A stretch of DNA of 64,000 bases, taken from NCBI GenBank assembly GCA_038087875.1, contig JAXLNO010000127.1, positions 1-64,000 of the forward strand. The letters are read 5' to 3'. This DNA comes from Malacoraja senta (lineage: Eukaryota). Below are positions 62,716 through 64,000 of this stretch, piece after piece (positions within the stretch are counted from its first letter, which is position 1; the number at the start of each line of letters is the position of its first letter). The notes below the pieces were generated by a model. The model was not told where the DNA came from and ran no database searches. It saw nothing but the letters and a program-made list of their open reading frames with translations. A program made the translations under genes and the position numbers.

Positions 62716-64000
62716 CCAGTGTGAACGGGTGATCGATGGTCAGCACAGACTCGAGGGGCCGAAGGGCCTGTTTCCATGCTGTATCTTTGAACTAATTATA
62801 ATATTGAACAAATCAAGACTTACCTATCAGATTTGAACATAAACAATATTATCCCAAGGTTGCAGAGTATTTGAATGACATTTACTGCATAATCCCTGAG
62901 GTTATTCTTTGTAAAGGGCAAAGTTCATCTCAACAAGTTTCATTTTCTGAAGTTAATTTGTAGTTTATATTTACCATCTTGCCTTTGCTTATTTGTTCCC
63001 GCAATACATGAATCCAAGACTTACATTTAAAGATGAACAAAATATCAGTTTAAAGACATATCAACTAATTTCCCCGATTGAGTATGAATATCGATTTCTT
63101 TAACATCCCCTCTCTCTCCGTCCCTCCCCCACCCGAGTGGTACTAGCTTCAAAGTCGTCTTGTTGGGTCTTATTGTGTGAGAAGGAAGTGCAGATGCTGG
63201 TTAAACCGAAGAGAGAGACAAAATGCTGGAGCAACTCAGCGGGACAGGCAGCATCTCTGGAGAGAAGGAATGGGTGACGTTTCGGGTCGAGACCCTTCTA
63301 AAGGTTTCGGGTCGAGACCCTTACAAGGGTCACGACCAGAAACGTCACCTATTCCTTCTCTCCAGAGACGCTGCCTGGTCCATGCCGGTCACCAGGGCGA
63401 ATTCGGCACAAAGACTTAACGGCAGCGGCGCAACGCTTCCGACGCCTCCGATGGCCCGGGACTCTTGCACTGAGGCTGCTCCATGGCCGGAGCTGCAGCG
63501 AGCGACTCGCCAGCCCGGCAAACAATCGCCAGCCCCGGCTCCCCGTCCGCATCTGTCCCCGCCGCTGCTTCCATCCCTCCCTCCGCCCCGGCTCTCCACC
63601 CGCGGCCCATGCAGTTGAAATTCTCGTTGATCACAGAATTTCTCACGACAGAGCGTGAGAAACTTGTGATCAGCGTGAGAATTTGTCGAAATGCGTGAGT
63701 CTCACGCTCAAAGCGTGAGAATTGGCAGCCCTGAAAGTATCCACTGACTTGGACTCCACAGCCCTCTGTGGCAACGAAGTTCATCCTCACCTCCTTTCTA
63801 AAGGCGCACCCTTTAATTCTGAGGCTATGACCTCTGGTCCTAGACTCTCCCACCAGTGGAAACATCCTTTCCACATGCACTCTATGCCTTTCATTATTCT
63901 GTAAGTAACTTCGTATCCTCATGTGGATCGTGTTGAAAAATCTAAATCTTTGCTGTCCCTTTAGAAAGAATCAGTGTTCTGTTGAAAGGGGGATAATTGT

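Larger units (their letters stand above)
60074..63733. mobile_element. hAT-like non-autonomous element with 6-bp TSD and nested insertions
   Basis: TIR CAGGGTTGCCAA / TTGGCAGCCCTG (11/12), subterminal GTGAGA repeats at both ends, AAAGTA at 60068-60073 and 63734-63739. The flanks rejoin into one CR1 3' end. Confidence 0.8.

Noticed and set aside
57485..64000. Remaining SUN-domain exons (PGNCWAF, TLEH, NWGH motifs)
   Set aside because: Not found by eye. The intron probably runs past the window, so this is not evidence of truncation or pseudogenisation.

Overview
Repeat-dense eukaryotic genomic DNA, most likely from a cartilaginous fish (skate or ray). This is inferred from HE1-type V-SINEs, abundant CR1 LINEs and Penelope-like elements. 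One host gene crosses the window on the + strand: a SUN2-like inner-nuclear-membrane LINC-complex protein. I reconstructed 14 coding exons (13336-57484; 1662 nt, 554 aa, all GT-AG, phases consistent). A candidate CpG-rich promoter and non-coding exon lie near 9.1-9.7 kb, and the last SUN-domain exons fall beyond the window. The rest is nested transposable elements: CR1, RTE, L1, Tx1, Rex/Babar, Penelope-like elements (PLE), SINEs, and hAT and Harbinger non-autonomous elements. The most notable observations are: (i) many PLE-derived short elements carrying a minimal hammerhead-ribozyme-like core, several arranged as fold-back hairpins, including a 153-bp palindrome centred on that core; (ii) an L1 insertion flanked by a 157-bp target duplication; (iii) two TIR elements with atypical 7-bp and 6-bp TSDs; (iv) a SUN domain with a KASH-lid one residue shorter than human SUN2. 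Repeat family names come from motif recognition, not database searches, and repeat boundaries are approximate unless a TSD is given.
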